Source: Paragordius varius (Eukaryota > Animalia > Nematomorpha). Taken from it: 64,000 nucleotides of DNA. The notes below the pieces were generated by a model. The model ran no database searches, was not told where the DNA came from, and saw only the letters and a program-made list of their open reading frames with translations. Below, one piece after another: positions 25,211 through 41,619 of this stretch. Every line of letters begins with the position of its first letter. The stretch's first letter is position 1. The stretch is from the NCBI GenBank assembly GCA_964247055.1, contig OZ176053.1, positions 3,596,001 through 3,660,000 on the forward strand, written 5' to 3'. The position numbers and the translations under genes were made by a program.

Positions 25211-27045
25211 TAGGGTGATCAGATATTTTTAATGGAAAAGCGGAAAAATCTTAGAAAGGGTGAGTACAACTAAGTATACAAAACATTTATTGTAATATTT
25301 ATTTATTTTTAACACAATACATTATTATATAAAAAAAAATTTTATTCTTTGGTATATTTTTTATATGAGTGAATGCGTTTTAACAGATTGTCATCATTTT
25401 TTAAAATATTGTAAAAGTCTTCACAAAAATTTGTCATATTCTATCTGACAGATAAAATGGCCTTTAATGTTTCAACATTTAAATGGATTTTTCCGATGTT
25501 CACACCTGATTTACGGAAAAAACGTGCTCAGTAGCAACGCTGGTTCCAGGTAAAGATATGCAAATTCCACAATTTTAAAATATTATCGTATGGAATATAG
25601 TTTTTTTCAAAATGATCAAATATGTCTAACCGTTTCTTGTCTACTGTATTTTTGTCTGTTGTCCATAATTTAAGATTTCATTATTAATATATTTTTTAAC
25701 TAATGATACTTCAGAAAAAATCATTTTCTGAAAGATTACTTTGGAAATTTTTGGGAGATGCAGATGTAATCAAATGATTTTTGAACATCGCACCAATTGA
25801 TTTCTGGTTTTAATGTTATCCAATGAAAATGATCAATCATTGAATTGCACAGTCCAGTTTTCAAAATCTTTACAGTTTGTATAAAACATTTTTATATGGT
25901 ACAAGATATTTTGGCGATTTATTAATCTTTGTTGTTCTAAATTATTTATAATATTGCGGATAGTTACTGGTATAAAATTATTATCTAACCTTTCTTGACA
26001 TTGGAAGGGTTATAACTTCATTGGCTTCGATTGCCGATATTGTCACCTTCTATCAATTTAATAACATTTTGAAAGAGAAAAGCTTGATTATGCAGGAATT
26101 CTAATCATATTTTTGAAGAATCCCTTTCAAAAAACTTTTCCAAAGTTGTAAGACATTTGTTCTGTAATAAAAAATAGAATTTAAAAGACCATACATTTTT
26201 AAAATTTCGATAGCTGGCAGAAGAGCTAACCAACGAGTTTTACAATATCCAAGCATTTTTTAATATTGAACTTCTGCATTTTCACAGAATTTCTTAAGCG
26301 TTTCAATGCGTACTGTGTTTATATAATAATAGGAATATATTTTAACAACTAAATTTTCCACATCTGGGTGTAACAATACAGCAGGTGTTTGAATAGCATT
26401 GTCGCTTCACACCCAACGCCAATAATGTTTTGATTAAAATTATCTGTTAATTTATGAAAAATATTTGTTCCGCTCCTTGCTTTTCCACCAAAGTTCGTAT
26501 GGGTGTTGTCAGCGCAATATGCGATAATTTTGTCTTTTAAATTATTTTTTTCTAGAATATGCATTATTGAAGTAAATATTATTTCGGAATTTACACCTGG
26601 TAGTGAGATATAATATAAAATTTTAATTTTTACTCCGGTTTCTGGATCAAAATATTTTATTAAAGTGGGAGATAACTTTGCCTTGTGATTTGATGCATCA
26701 AAGTATAGCGATATGAAATTAATTTTCAGCAAATCTTTTTGTATTTCAGAAAATGCATGTGGCGAAAAGACATTACATACAATGGCTTCAGCCTTTACCT
26801 TTATGCAGGCACATGTAAAATTTTTATTGAATAAGGTACGAATAACCTGTGAGGTACAATCCATAGATCTAAAAAAATAATTGTAATCTAAAATTGATAT
26901 AGATTTTAAAAATAAATAATCATAAAAAATAACGGATAAAAAATTTTTTTTATATAAAATTTAGATGTATTCAAAAAAATATTTTTTATGTAATTGTGAA
27001 AAAGCGGGACATTTCTAAAAGGTAGCGAGAAGTCTGGTCACCCTA
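25211..27045 (-). mobile_element. Decayed hAT transposon with transposase pseudogene
   Basis: TIRs TAGGGTGATCAGA / TCTGGTCACCCTA. Minus-strand remnants SLYFDASNHK, AYCADNTHTNFGG, KTRWLALLPAIE and dimerisation-like LPGTSVATEHVFS, interrupted by stops and frameshifts. TSD not preserved. Confidence 0.85.
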
Positions 27046-27199
27046 GTCATGGATTATGTTTATCATTTTTAATATATTTGGTCACTACCTTGGAGGCCAC
27101 ACAAAAGGAAAGGTTACCGACCTCTGAACTAAAAGATTTTATAGATTCGCATCATGTTTTCAAAATAATCGTATGGTCGTAAAAAATTTTATTACAAAT

Positions 27200-27960
27200 A
27201 TTTAATTCAAAATGTTTTTTCTTACCAAACTTAAGCGGAGCGCAAAAACGAAAAAGAGCGAAGGAAAACGCAAAAAACGTTTCGAAAATGACAATAATGA
27301 CAGGTTTTTTAAAAAACATTTCGACAAATGTGTCCTTTGATGCTAGTTGACACGAGAAACAAAAAAGTATTGAGATCACCAATGGTTTAGATTAGATTAT
27401 TTGGATAGTTCGAGTAATACTATTAAACCTATACCTCATGCCAGCTCTAGCTTAAATAAGAAAACGGTAATCATTAGCAACAAAAGTGTAGATGATTTAT
27501 ATAGTTTGAGTCATACTAATGTAGAACGTAGTTTAAGGTGTTTGATTTCAGAGAATGATATAGTTAATTATTTAAATATAGAGTTATCAAATGAAGAAAA
27601 ACGAATTCTGATATCGTTTAATTCACATCGTCCAACCAGGTCTTTTAGAGGATGTCTCTTTTTAAAATCGTTGCTTTTCAAAACCTATTACAAAAAGAAC
27701 ACTAAATATGGTCTTGTAAAAAGATCATGGATGGCAAATTAAATGGATAAAAAGATATAATTAGAAATTCGGTCACGCAAAATCGAGAAAAAATTTTAAA
27801 ACATCATTTTCTGATTATTATAAGCTCTTGATAGGTTATTTAATTATTTTAAACTTTAAAAATGAACGTTAAGATTTAGGAATTGGCGGTGGTAATAATA
27901 ACTATCATATATAAAAATAAATGCAAAACTTTTAGACTCAGGATGCCAAGTCATGTAAAT
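27200..27960 (+). pseudogene. Remnant of a second hAT-type (ZMYM1/DUF4371-like) transposase
   Basis: KLSGAQKRKRAKE N-terminus, LSNEEKRIL and GLVKR segments resemble this transposase class; heavily disrupted. Confidence 0.45.
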
Positions 27961-28249
27961 ATTATCATTAAATATAATATTTCTTTACGAATCTAAGTGA
28001 TGCGCCAGGTGAAAAGATAACTGCAAACGATTTTTGGGGGAAAGGGGGGAGTATTTAAATCTTGCGGGAGGGGGAGGGAATTTCTCCTACAAATGATATA
28101 ATCAAAAATAGATCATTTTTTTAAAAAAACTTACAATGTAGGTAATTGAATCCGTAACAAGAGGAGAAAACACTTAAATAAAATTGCATTTAAATATCAT
28201 GTATATAAATTGCAAATATTATTATAAAAACGGAAAAATTTATCTGATT

Positions 28250-28850
28250 TGAGACATATCCCGTCAACTTTATAGAAAAACTAGTTGATGCATACCTTTT
28301 AAGCGTCCTATTACATTTATATACATATAACAAAGCTAACTTCTAGAAGACACCCAAAACCCTAAATGACGCTGGCTTTTATCAAAGATCTCCGCTAAGT
28401 CTCCTACTTTTCATAACGAACATGAATGATATCTAATACCATATAAAATATGCCCCGATGATTTGATACCGAGGAAGAACTACGATAGAGAGATTCACAG
28501 CAACTAGAAAAGTTTCGAAAATCGTAGAATAAAATTAACAAATTCAACACAGAAAACTCCAAAAGCTTTATAAATCAATCAACTAAACTAATAATTATGT
28601 GCAAAACAAATCAGATGATCCTACATATTATAAAAATTTAGTTTCAAACTTCGCACCATATTGTTAAAGATAACTAACAATTTTCACACACACCTTTGGT
28701 GAGACATTTGATATAGTCAACTATTTCACACTCATGTCGATAACGTGTCTAATCTCTGGAAAGCATCTGGTAGTTTTATACCAAAACAGGCCTTTAAAAA
28801 TTAAATATAACGAACACATATTGATAAATAGATATAAATTATAATAAATT
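28250..28850 (+). pseudogene. Decayed non-LTR retrotransposon RT fragment
   Basis: QRSPLSLLLFITNMNDI (QGSPLSP motif) followed by a frameshifted YA-DD at about 28380-28465. Confidence 0.5.
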
Positions 28851-29244
28851 ATCCATAATCTAAATGGGTATTGGACCAGTTTATAATGCAATCGAAACAT
28901 AAAAAAATTATTAATATTCTAATTATAATCAAAATGATTGGAATGGTAAAAATAGCAGTAACTATAGTATTTTTAGTATACAGCCAATGATATTATGATA
29001 AAAGTTAGTTTCTACTAACGTAGATATGATTCTCATGGATTAATTGCCAATACCTTCAAGCCCAAACAAAAAATGCCCAAAGGTCCCAAATCATCGAATA
29101 AAGTAATAATTAAAACACTGACAGCTCTTAAACACCTTATTGGTAATATAATTTTGCACATAATCTTTTTCTTTTTTTCTAATATAAAAGATCGGATATT
29201 TACTTTTGCGCATTTGGCGCAATATTTTAAAAAGCCGTACATAA

Positions 29245-29266
29245 GTGCGAAACGCTTGTTTTTTAG
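29245..29266 (+). other. Candidate 22-nt 5'-UTR micro-intron of GMPR
   Basis: GTGCGAAACGCTTGTTTTTTAG ends 7 nt before the ATG; modal micro-intron length; same GTGCG donor as DHODH intron 1. Confidence 0.55.
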
Positions 29267-29273
29267 GTAAAAC

Positions 29274-33382
<4,109 letters not shown>

Positions 33383-33771
33383 ATAACAATAGATTTTCCA
33401 AAAAACATACAACATATTGCATTTTTAATTATAGTGATTTATAATAACATGATCATATCATATACTTTTATTCATGCCAAAATTTTATTATATGATGCCT
33501 TTTCAAATGCAAACTTACTACAATGAATGCATAATATATTTGCATTTTCTATTATATTTTTGAATTTTAATTATTGTGCATGTTAGTTAATTAGTGTTTT
33601 ATATAGTATAGATATTTATGCAATTCGTGGATGCAACTATATAATATATTAATTTAACAAAAGAAAAAATATAGATTAAATAAATGTCATATTATAATTT
33701 TTAATAAAAAGCGTAATTTAACAATTATTTTTATTGTAATATAATTCATATATTGTTGATGCAACCGCCCC

Positions 33772-36558
33772 ATGTCCGTTAGACATCAAAATATTTTGCA
33801 TTGTGGCGAGACCTATAATCACTTCAATACTGTCATACGCCGATATCATCAGGTTTGGGCTCCTCTCGTTATTGTTTTATTTGGATTTCTGGGGAATGGG
33901 ATTGGGTTTTACGTTACCCGATTAACTGACCTAACGTATTCAAAGGAGAATCGGTATAAAAGGAATTCGGCTCATCATTTACACGTGAGGATAGATAATT
34001 TTATAGCAACATCGCTCTACACCTGTAATTTGATTACGTGTTGCATTATGTTAGTATGGCCTTTGTCGGATTGGTACAATAACCAATTCAACAGCACAGT
34101 GTGGAAACGATTAAATTATCATCGTTACATTTTGTATTTCCATATCCCATTGTTCAAAACATTTTTTGCCACCAGTTTTTTGATAACGGTACTTTTTGGG
34201 GTGGATCATTTTGTAGCAATCAAGTTTCCACATCACTATAAAAGGTAAAAAGCTATTTATTTGCACGGTGCAAAAGTTTTCATTGTCTAATTAATTGTTC
34301 CTAAAGTTTAATCATTATTTATCGTAATTTAAAGTTAAAAAATTGCAAATTTGACGATTTATTAGGCTATTTTTCTGGGGAAGCTATTTAAATAAAAATC
34401 TTTTGTTATTATACAATCCCCTTCTGTAATGGCTTTGGAAATACAAAGTTCATCCGCATTATGTGACACGTTGTGAAAAAGTGTAATTGAATTTTTTATG
34501 TTATTTATAAAATTATTTGAATATAAAATAAAAAAATTATTTTGAGCTTTATAAGTCTTATTATTATGATATCGAAAAAATGCCTGATGATCAGCAAGAG
34601 CTAATTTATAAATTCTGATTACCAATTTTAATTCAATAAAATTGTTGAAAAAAACGGAAAAGAAAATTAAATATTTTAATTAATCAATTTACTTGTAAAG
34701 ATTAATAAAAAAGTATTGATTTTGATGAAAAATTGTCGAGTTTAGATAAAAAATGTTGAGATTGAAGGAAGTGAGGTTGAATCAAAAAGTGTTAAGGGTT
34801 ATATAAAAAGTGTTGATTATAATTCTGATATAAAGGCAATCATGACAAAATGGTTAAATAGTTTTATTGATTCATCAGACCTTTCTGTATGTTAATACAT
34901 TTTAAAGTTATAATAAAATAAGTATTATGCATTCAATGAAATGTTTATCATGGGGCAAATGCTATTTACATTTATGGATTCACGTGTTATAAGGCTTATA
35001 AGTTAATTAATATTTATCATCTAACTTTATGATAATAAGTAAATCAAAAATATATTTTCGGGAATTAGAAGTTTCAGCTTTAAATAAAATTTATAATATT
35101 AAATTATACCAATATTTTTAATCAGTTTAAAGGTTTGTAAAATTTAAAATCCATATTTTTATTGTTTGAGGTACAAAATTTAAGAAAAGAAAGCTAATTA
35201 CTAAGATAAGAGCCCTTATTTTAAATTTGCCCCACAACGAACCAAAAAAATTGTGATATAATTTTATTTATTTACAGTATGAGTAAGTATACACTGCTAG
35301 AAAGTAATTAATTATTGCCAAATAGCATATTCAACAAAGGGCAGTATTATTGACCTATAGTTATTTGTTTCAATTTTTACTTTTATTAGCCAATAATAAT
35401 TCTCTTTGCTGCATATGCTATTTGGCAATAATTAATAATTTTCTAGCAATATACACTTACTTATACTGTATATCACTATAATTAAACAATTTTATGTAAA
35501 GTACGGAGTATTTTAAATGGATAACAAGTGTATTTAATTTCCATGTCTGTTGCCTTTTTGCCACAATTTTTAAGGTCATAAAAAATAATATAAAGGAAAA
35601 ATCTCATACACGTAAATACATCCCTTTTTAGCCATTTAAAATAGGGAATGGCCTATAGCTCTCGTTAATGTATGTCTATTTAAACAGTCAATACTTTAAT
35701 AATTTTAGATATTGTACAATGCGAGTTACAAAGATGATAATATGTCTGACATTCCTCTATGCTTTATTTTGGTGTGCTGGATTAACTATCCCGTACAGGA
35801 TTGTCAAAATAAATTGTATCTCCCAACGGACTTTTAAAAAAGACCATGCCACTATCACCGTGAACGTAAGTGAAACTCAATACATACGAATGTATAGGAT
35901 ATATCTTAACGATCATTTGAGATATTTGTGGATCGTATATTTAACGTTGAGAGAGCTATTCCTCAAATTGTTACCCTTTATCCTAGTCATTTATTCCAAT
36001 TACTTGGTTCTCAAACGAAACAAAATAAAAATCGTTCAAAGCCATGAACGCCTAAGCAATGTGTCAGATTATCTCAGTGATACACCAAACATTGCCAAAA
36101 ATTTACCATCACCTATCATGCTTAATTCTAAAGTTTTATTTAGTACGCTTGCTAAGAGTGTTAAAACAAAAACCATAATGACCAATTTAAAATCCTTTAA
36201 TAGTACCAATAAACACCAGAAAAATAAAACCAATCTTGCCATACTTAGAGCCATACAAAGGAAACAAGACTACGATAATGTCAAATTTTGCATCGTAATT
36301 TTACTGATTCAATTTTTTGTTTTCATCCTACCAGGCATTATATTTTACATTACCGAATCGGTGAAAAACAGAAAATTAGACGGTGCAAAATTAATAAAAT
36401 CTTGGACTATATCATATATGTTAGAATATATTTATATATGCTCCACATTTTACCTCCAAATATTGTTGAGTAAAAACTATCGAAAACATGTTATTACAAT
36501 GTTAAGGCCCCATTGTAAAAAATGCATTTCATACATTAAATATATGAAACTTTGTTAA
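33772..36558 (+). CDS. Divergent rhodopsin-class (class A) GPCR, 440 aa, 2 exons
   Basis: Exons 33772-34244 and 35709-36558 (1323 nt) join in phase 2. Seven hydrophobic segments, TM1 GFLGN, DHFVAIKFP at the DRY position, PF in TM5, long basic ICL3. Confidence 0.85.
35275..35468. mobile_element. TA-flanked fold-back MITE (Tc1/mariner-like) in the GPCR intron
   Basis: TA|CAGTATGAGTAAGTATACACTGCTAGAAA ... TTTCTAGCAATATACACTTACTTATACTG|TA. Confidence 0.85.
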
Positions 36559-36618
36559 TATGTTCTGCCAAAAAAACCCTTAATAAATTAATATAAAATT
36601 AAATATATGTACATCAAT

Positions 36619-38552
36619 TTATTCCGCCTTTTCTTGTTTTACAATATGTTTTTGCTTTTTTCCAAAACACAATTTAACAAACAACAATAGTTCATTATCA
36701 AAATAAAACATGACAATTGCCGAGGTTAAACCCAAAAAGCTACCCATTGCCAAATGACATAATAAATGTTTCAAATTTGTTGTAGAATATATTGTAGACG
36801 TTAGTATGAGATGAGAGATAATTAGACACGCAATTAAAGATATGCAAGGAAAAAGTGTAGGTCTTATTGCATGAATAATCCTTTTACCAAACATGATAAA
36901 GCTTTTGTACGGTGATAATTGTCGGATTCCATTAAGGGAATAGATTATGCGAAATAACATATTTAGGCAATTAGCTAAAACAAGTCCTGAAGGCCCATAT
37001 AATTTTGCCAATGGTATTGCCCCTAACAGGTATAGGGTTGAAAATGCAATCAAATACTTGTTGTAAAGCGTTATGAGTTTATGAGATGCTTTAGCAAAGT
37101 AAAGGCATTCACAGATCCCATTGATGCCCAACAAATAAATGTAGAAGCAATATATGGATAACAAATTGGTAGCACTAAGTATCAAACTATTATCATTAGT
37201 GCTATCTTCTTTTGTACCCAAATATAATTGTAATATAGTTTTGGCATAAGGTGGTCCGAACACAATAGCTAACCAACCTAAAATATTTTGTTAAAGTTAT
37301 AACTAATTAGCATCCATATTATCCATTTATAAAAACTTTTAAAGAAAATACAATTCAACAAATTTAACCTATGGTCGTCACACATTTCAACAAAAGTCCA
37401 AATCGTTTCATGGAAAGTTCTGAGATGGTGTCGGTTTCAAAATCAACATCCTTTTCAGCCTTATTTTTGAATTTTGGATTCAAAGTATCATGATCATTGT
37501 TAGAGACTTGAGTAAAATAGAAATAAGCACTATCCTCAATGGGGAGATAGATTAATCGAGCCACGAGACTTGCCAAATTATTCACTATATCGTAGATACC
37601 TTGTTGTTGCAAAGTTAAGACATGAAAAAAAGTCATAATGTATCTTTCCCCTTCCGTTAATAATTGTTTCAGGAATGATTGGTAAGTGTATGTTAAAACT
37701 AATGATAATAATAGCTAAACCCAATAAAAGAGATTGATTAATGTAGACAAAAAAATTTACCCATTCTTTAGGCGTGAGATGCATGCTAAACAGTTTGAAA
37801 ACTAAATCACGTTTATTTACGTCCGAAAAACGGTAAAAATAAATAATATATTGGGCAACTAGGAACAGAGCATATAAAAGCTTATAATTTAGCACGATAA
37901 ATTACTTGAGAGTAAGCAAAACCTAACAAGGGATAATGTGGATTTAGATATATGACATATATGATTAAAAATACATTTCTAATGATAAGTGCGGATGATT
38001 CAAAATATGCCTTAGATTATGATTACATTAAACCTTTAACGTTACTAAATGGGATAATTGGGCAATTATATAGAATATTTGAGCCCCACATTCTAACTGC
38101 GCGGCAACCGCGTATATAATTAAACAACGATTATAACCCGCATAAGACAATTCTTGAGTTAAAAAATATTTCCATACACAGAGCAACGTTGCAGTACATA
38201 TAAATGATGTCGGTACACTAAATATATATAACGATAATGCGAACCAAAACCGTAAAACATTTAGCAAGGAAGCATGTGAATAATAATTTTTTTGAGCCAT
38301 TAGGGCTCTTTTGTAGCCTTCAGTGGCTAAGAAAATAATTGTAGAATAGAGTAACATAAATCTACGCTTATAAAATTTAATTACCGAACGCTGGACAATC
38401 CCAAAATATCTTTGCTGACATATCGGATAATAATTGTATTTAATATGAAAGAAAATATTTTTATAAATATCTAAAAATTATTCTCTTAAAACTTGACTGA
38501 AAAAATTAGATTGGGCAGATTGAATTGCCTTTCCAAAAACCACGTTTTCCAT
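36619..38552 (-). CDS. RFT1: RFT1 (Man5GlcNAc2-PP-dolichol translocation protein), 575 aa, 7 exons
   Basis: Exons 38552-38493, 38470-38385, 38361-38034, 38010-37906, 37880-37721, 37698-37369, 37277-36619 (1728 nt). Motifs LLYSTIIFLATEGYKRA, QSFLKQLLTEGERY, QGIYDIVNNLASLVARLIYLPIEDS, LGINGICEC, LVLANCLNMLFRI. Introns 22, 23, 23, 25, 22 and 91 nt. Confidence 0.94.
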
Positions 38553-38593
38553 GCCGTCTAACCTTTTGGAGTTAGTAAATTTAAATTATCAAT
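38553..38593. promoter_or_regulatory. 41-bp spacer between divergent RFT1 and DHODH start codons
   Basis: ATGs at 38552 (-) and 38594 (+). The minus strand carries TACTAAC (38577-38571) followed by TTAG five nt before the RFT1 ATG. Confidence 0.7.
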
Positions 38594-41568
38594 ATGATTT
38601 ACAAAGTGCGTTTATTTTAAAATTTAGAAAATTAAACAAGTTATTGCTATTTCTTTGGGAGGATCTTTAGTATTCTCTGGACTTGCAATTGCTAACGGTA
38701 ATGAAGATTTTTATGAGAAAATTTTTATGCCCTGTTTATTTAAATTACCTCCGGAGTTAGCTCATTTTATTACCCTTAAGTTTTTAGAATACGGTCTTAC
38801 GCCCCAATATCATTTTGAAACCGAAAGACTAGTAAATATACTTTATTATATAGAAATTTAGAATAAAAAATTTTGCATTTGAAAATCCAATTGGATTGGC
38901 AGCTGGTTGCGATAAAAACGGAATAGCCATAAATGGATTTTTTAAGATTGGTTTTGGCTTTGTTGAAATAGGATCTATCACACCTTTACCTCAACCTGGA
39001 AACGATAAGCCAAGAATGTTTAGGTTGATACCCGATTTAGCCATTATAAATAGGTATTTAAGTGTTTATGTAAATACTAGGTTAGGATTTAATAATCTTG
39101 GTTTCAACGCCGTTTCAACCAATTTAACGAGCACAAATATTCCAAAAACCAAAATTCTAGGTAATATTAACCTTATATAGAACAAAATTAGGTGTTAACA
39201 TTGGCAAAAACAAATTATCCACCGAGCTTTATAATGATTATGTTAAAGGATATGCTAAATTTGCATCACTCGCCGATTACCTTGTTATTAATGTTTCGAG
39301 TCCTAATACACCAGGTTTAAGGGATTTACAAAAAGAACATCACATTGTCGAATTGATTCGTGAATTGGGATTAGCCAAAACGCATTTTTCGAAAGGTTAG
39401 TCGACATATTCATATGTTTTTTCGTTTAGTTCAAAAAGGATTATTAGTTTGTGTTTTAATTTTATTTTATATTTGAAAAAGATTACTTGTAGTAATCGGA
39501 AATTCATTTTAATAAATTCATTTAGTTATAGCTGAATTCTAATTCTAATATTAATAAATATTATTTGAGTGTCCAAAAAATCTGAAGCGTTTAAGTATTT
39601 TTTATAATTTATAATTTTACATATTTTGACATAAATGTTCATTATTTTTATATATTAAGAGAATCAAAACTGCAAAGTACCGCTCCTTTTTATTAAAATA
39701 TCTCCTGATATGACTCAATCTGAAAATGATTCTCTTATCAAAGCTGTTTTAAACAATAAAGTAAGTAATAATATTTTTGTAATCCCTTTTTGAAAATTAT
39801 AAATATGTCACGATATTTGATATAAAGCTTTATTTGTAATTTAGGATATCATTGATGGTTTAATAATATCAAATACCACGATTACACGACCCAAAGATCT
39901 CAAAAGTTCTTTTGCTCAAGAAACTGGAGGTTTAAGCGGGAAACCATTAAAACAAAAATCCACAGACCTAATAAAATATTATTACAAAACAACTAGAGGT
40001 CCTTCTTTTTCTGTTGATATGCATGAATAAGTGTATTAATGGAATCGAAAATCAAACACATATTTATATTTCTATTTTTAACCTCAAATATTATATGGTT
40101 TTTGAAAAATGTAAGCGCATCCATAACTTTATGCATAAATTAAACCAAATATTTATTTAGTAAAAATTCGAGACTAGTTTTATGCTCATTTATTTGCTTT
40201 ATGCTAGCTATATTAATTTTTTCATAGTTAAATAATGATAAACAAGTAGTCCTAATTAAATTTTATATATGTGCCCCATAATATAATTGTAAAAATAATT
40301 ATATCAAAGAGTGGTATTACATTATCTTACAAAAAAGATATTTTAATTTTCAATAACTTATAGTTATATTATTCCATAACTTATGAATGTAAAGTTTTGC
40401 AAGGCAATTAATTATATTACATATTTTTTACTAGGTACAATTCCTATAATTGGTGTGGGGGGAATCATGAGTGGTCAAGATGCTTACGATAAGATAAAAG
40501 CGGGCGCTTCTTGTGTGCAACTTTATACGGGTTTGGTGTATTATGGACCGCCTTTGGTTAAAAAAATATTAGTGGAGTTAGATGGATTGCTAGAGTAAAA
40601 TTTATTTTTTAAATGCTATATGTAGTAAAAAATGTTATAAATTATACGAATAAAACATTTTTGTAATAGATCATAAATTATCAACCTAAAATTTTATTTA
40701 ACTCGCTTATTAATCATAATAAAATTATAGTTTTTAACATTTAATATATATATATACCACATACCTTTGAACACTCTATTATCTCCGAACAATTCAAATT
40801 TACCCTCAAAATAAGTTGTATTTTTGGATATCAAAAATTATTTATATTTTTTAATTTTTAAAAAATGAAATTTTATTTAAAATTAACATAATACCGATAA
40901 AAATGGCATGCATAAAAAAGTTTTTTATATCAATAATATGATAGATTGTCTAAAAACATATATACACTTTAAATCACCCTTGAACAATTTAAATTCACCC
41001 TAAAATAAATTATGTGTTTTTTAAGATAAAAAATTACCTATATTTTTAAAAATTGAAATTTTGTTTAAGATTAAAATAATTCTGAATAAAAATTAAGCCA
41101 TAGAATATTTTGTCTTAATGATGAGTTATATTAGTCCGAAAACGTGATTTTGAATTGTTCCAGTGTGATGAGTTCAAGGGTGAATTTGAATCGTAAATGA
41201 TTTATATTTATTATTAGGGGTAACTAAAAAATTCAAAAGTGAATTAAAAATGTTCAGGGTGAAATTTGAAATGTTTAAGTATGGTTTTAAGGCGTTAAAA
41301 TTTTTGGTTGTAAATGTTATATATATAAAACCTTAAAAAATAATTACCGTAGATTAAGTTTTTTTGAAATCCACCAAAAATTTTAAGTGTTATTTAAGAA
41401 TGTAATTAATTATATTGTAAATAAACTAATTTATATATTAATATATAGATTTTCTAAATTATTATATTTCTTATATTGGCCTTTTTATTTTATAGAAAAG
41501 ATGGTTACAAAAACGTTTCAGAAGCTATTGGATCGGATGTTAAATTAATAAATGTTGTAAATAAATAA
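38594..41568 (+). CDS. DHODH: Dihydroorotate dehydrogenase (quinone), mitochondrial, 395 aa, 9 exons
   Basis: Exons 38594-38605, 38628-38831, 38854-39053, 39081-39160, 39192-39395, 39660-39760, 39845-39998, 40435-40594, 41496-41568 (1188 nt). Motifs [67 protein letters not shown]. Introns 1-4 are 22, 22, 27 and 31 nt. Confidence 0.96.
40750..41280. mobile_element. MITE family C, degenerate or compound copy
   Basis: TATACCAC start with TTCACCC and GGGTGAA units, in DHODH intron 8. Confidence 0.6.
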
Positions 41569-41619
41569 ATATAAAATCCATATACACTTTTAACATATCA
41601 TCTACCATTTTTTCATTAT

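Noticed and set aside
37715-37760. 46-nt alternative model for RFT1 intron 5
   Set aside because: The 22-nt intron 37699-37720 aligns better to RFT1 (INQSLLLVLTYTYQSFLKQ) and fits the size mode, though RNA data are needed.
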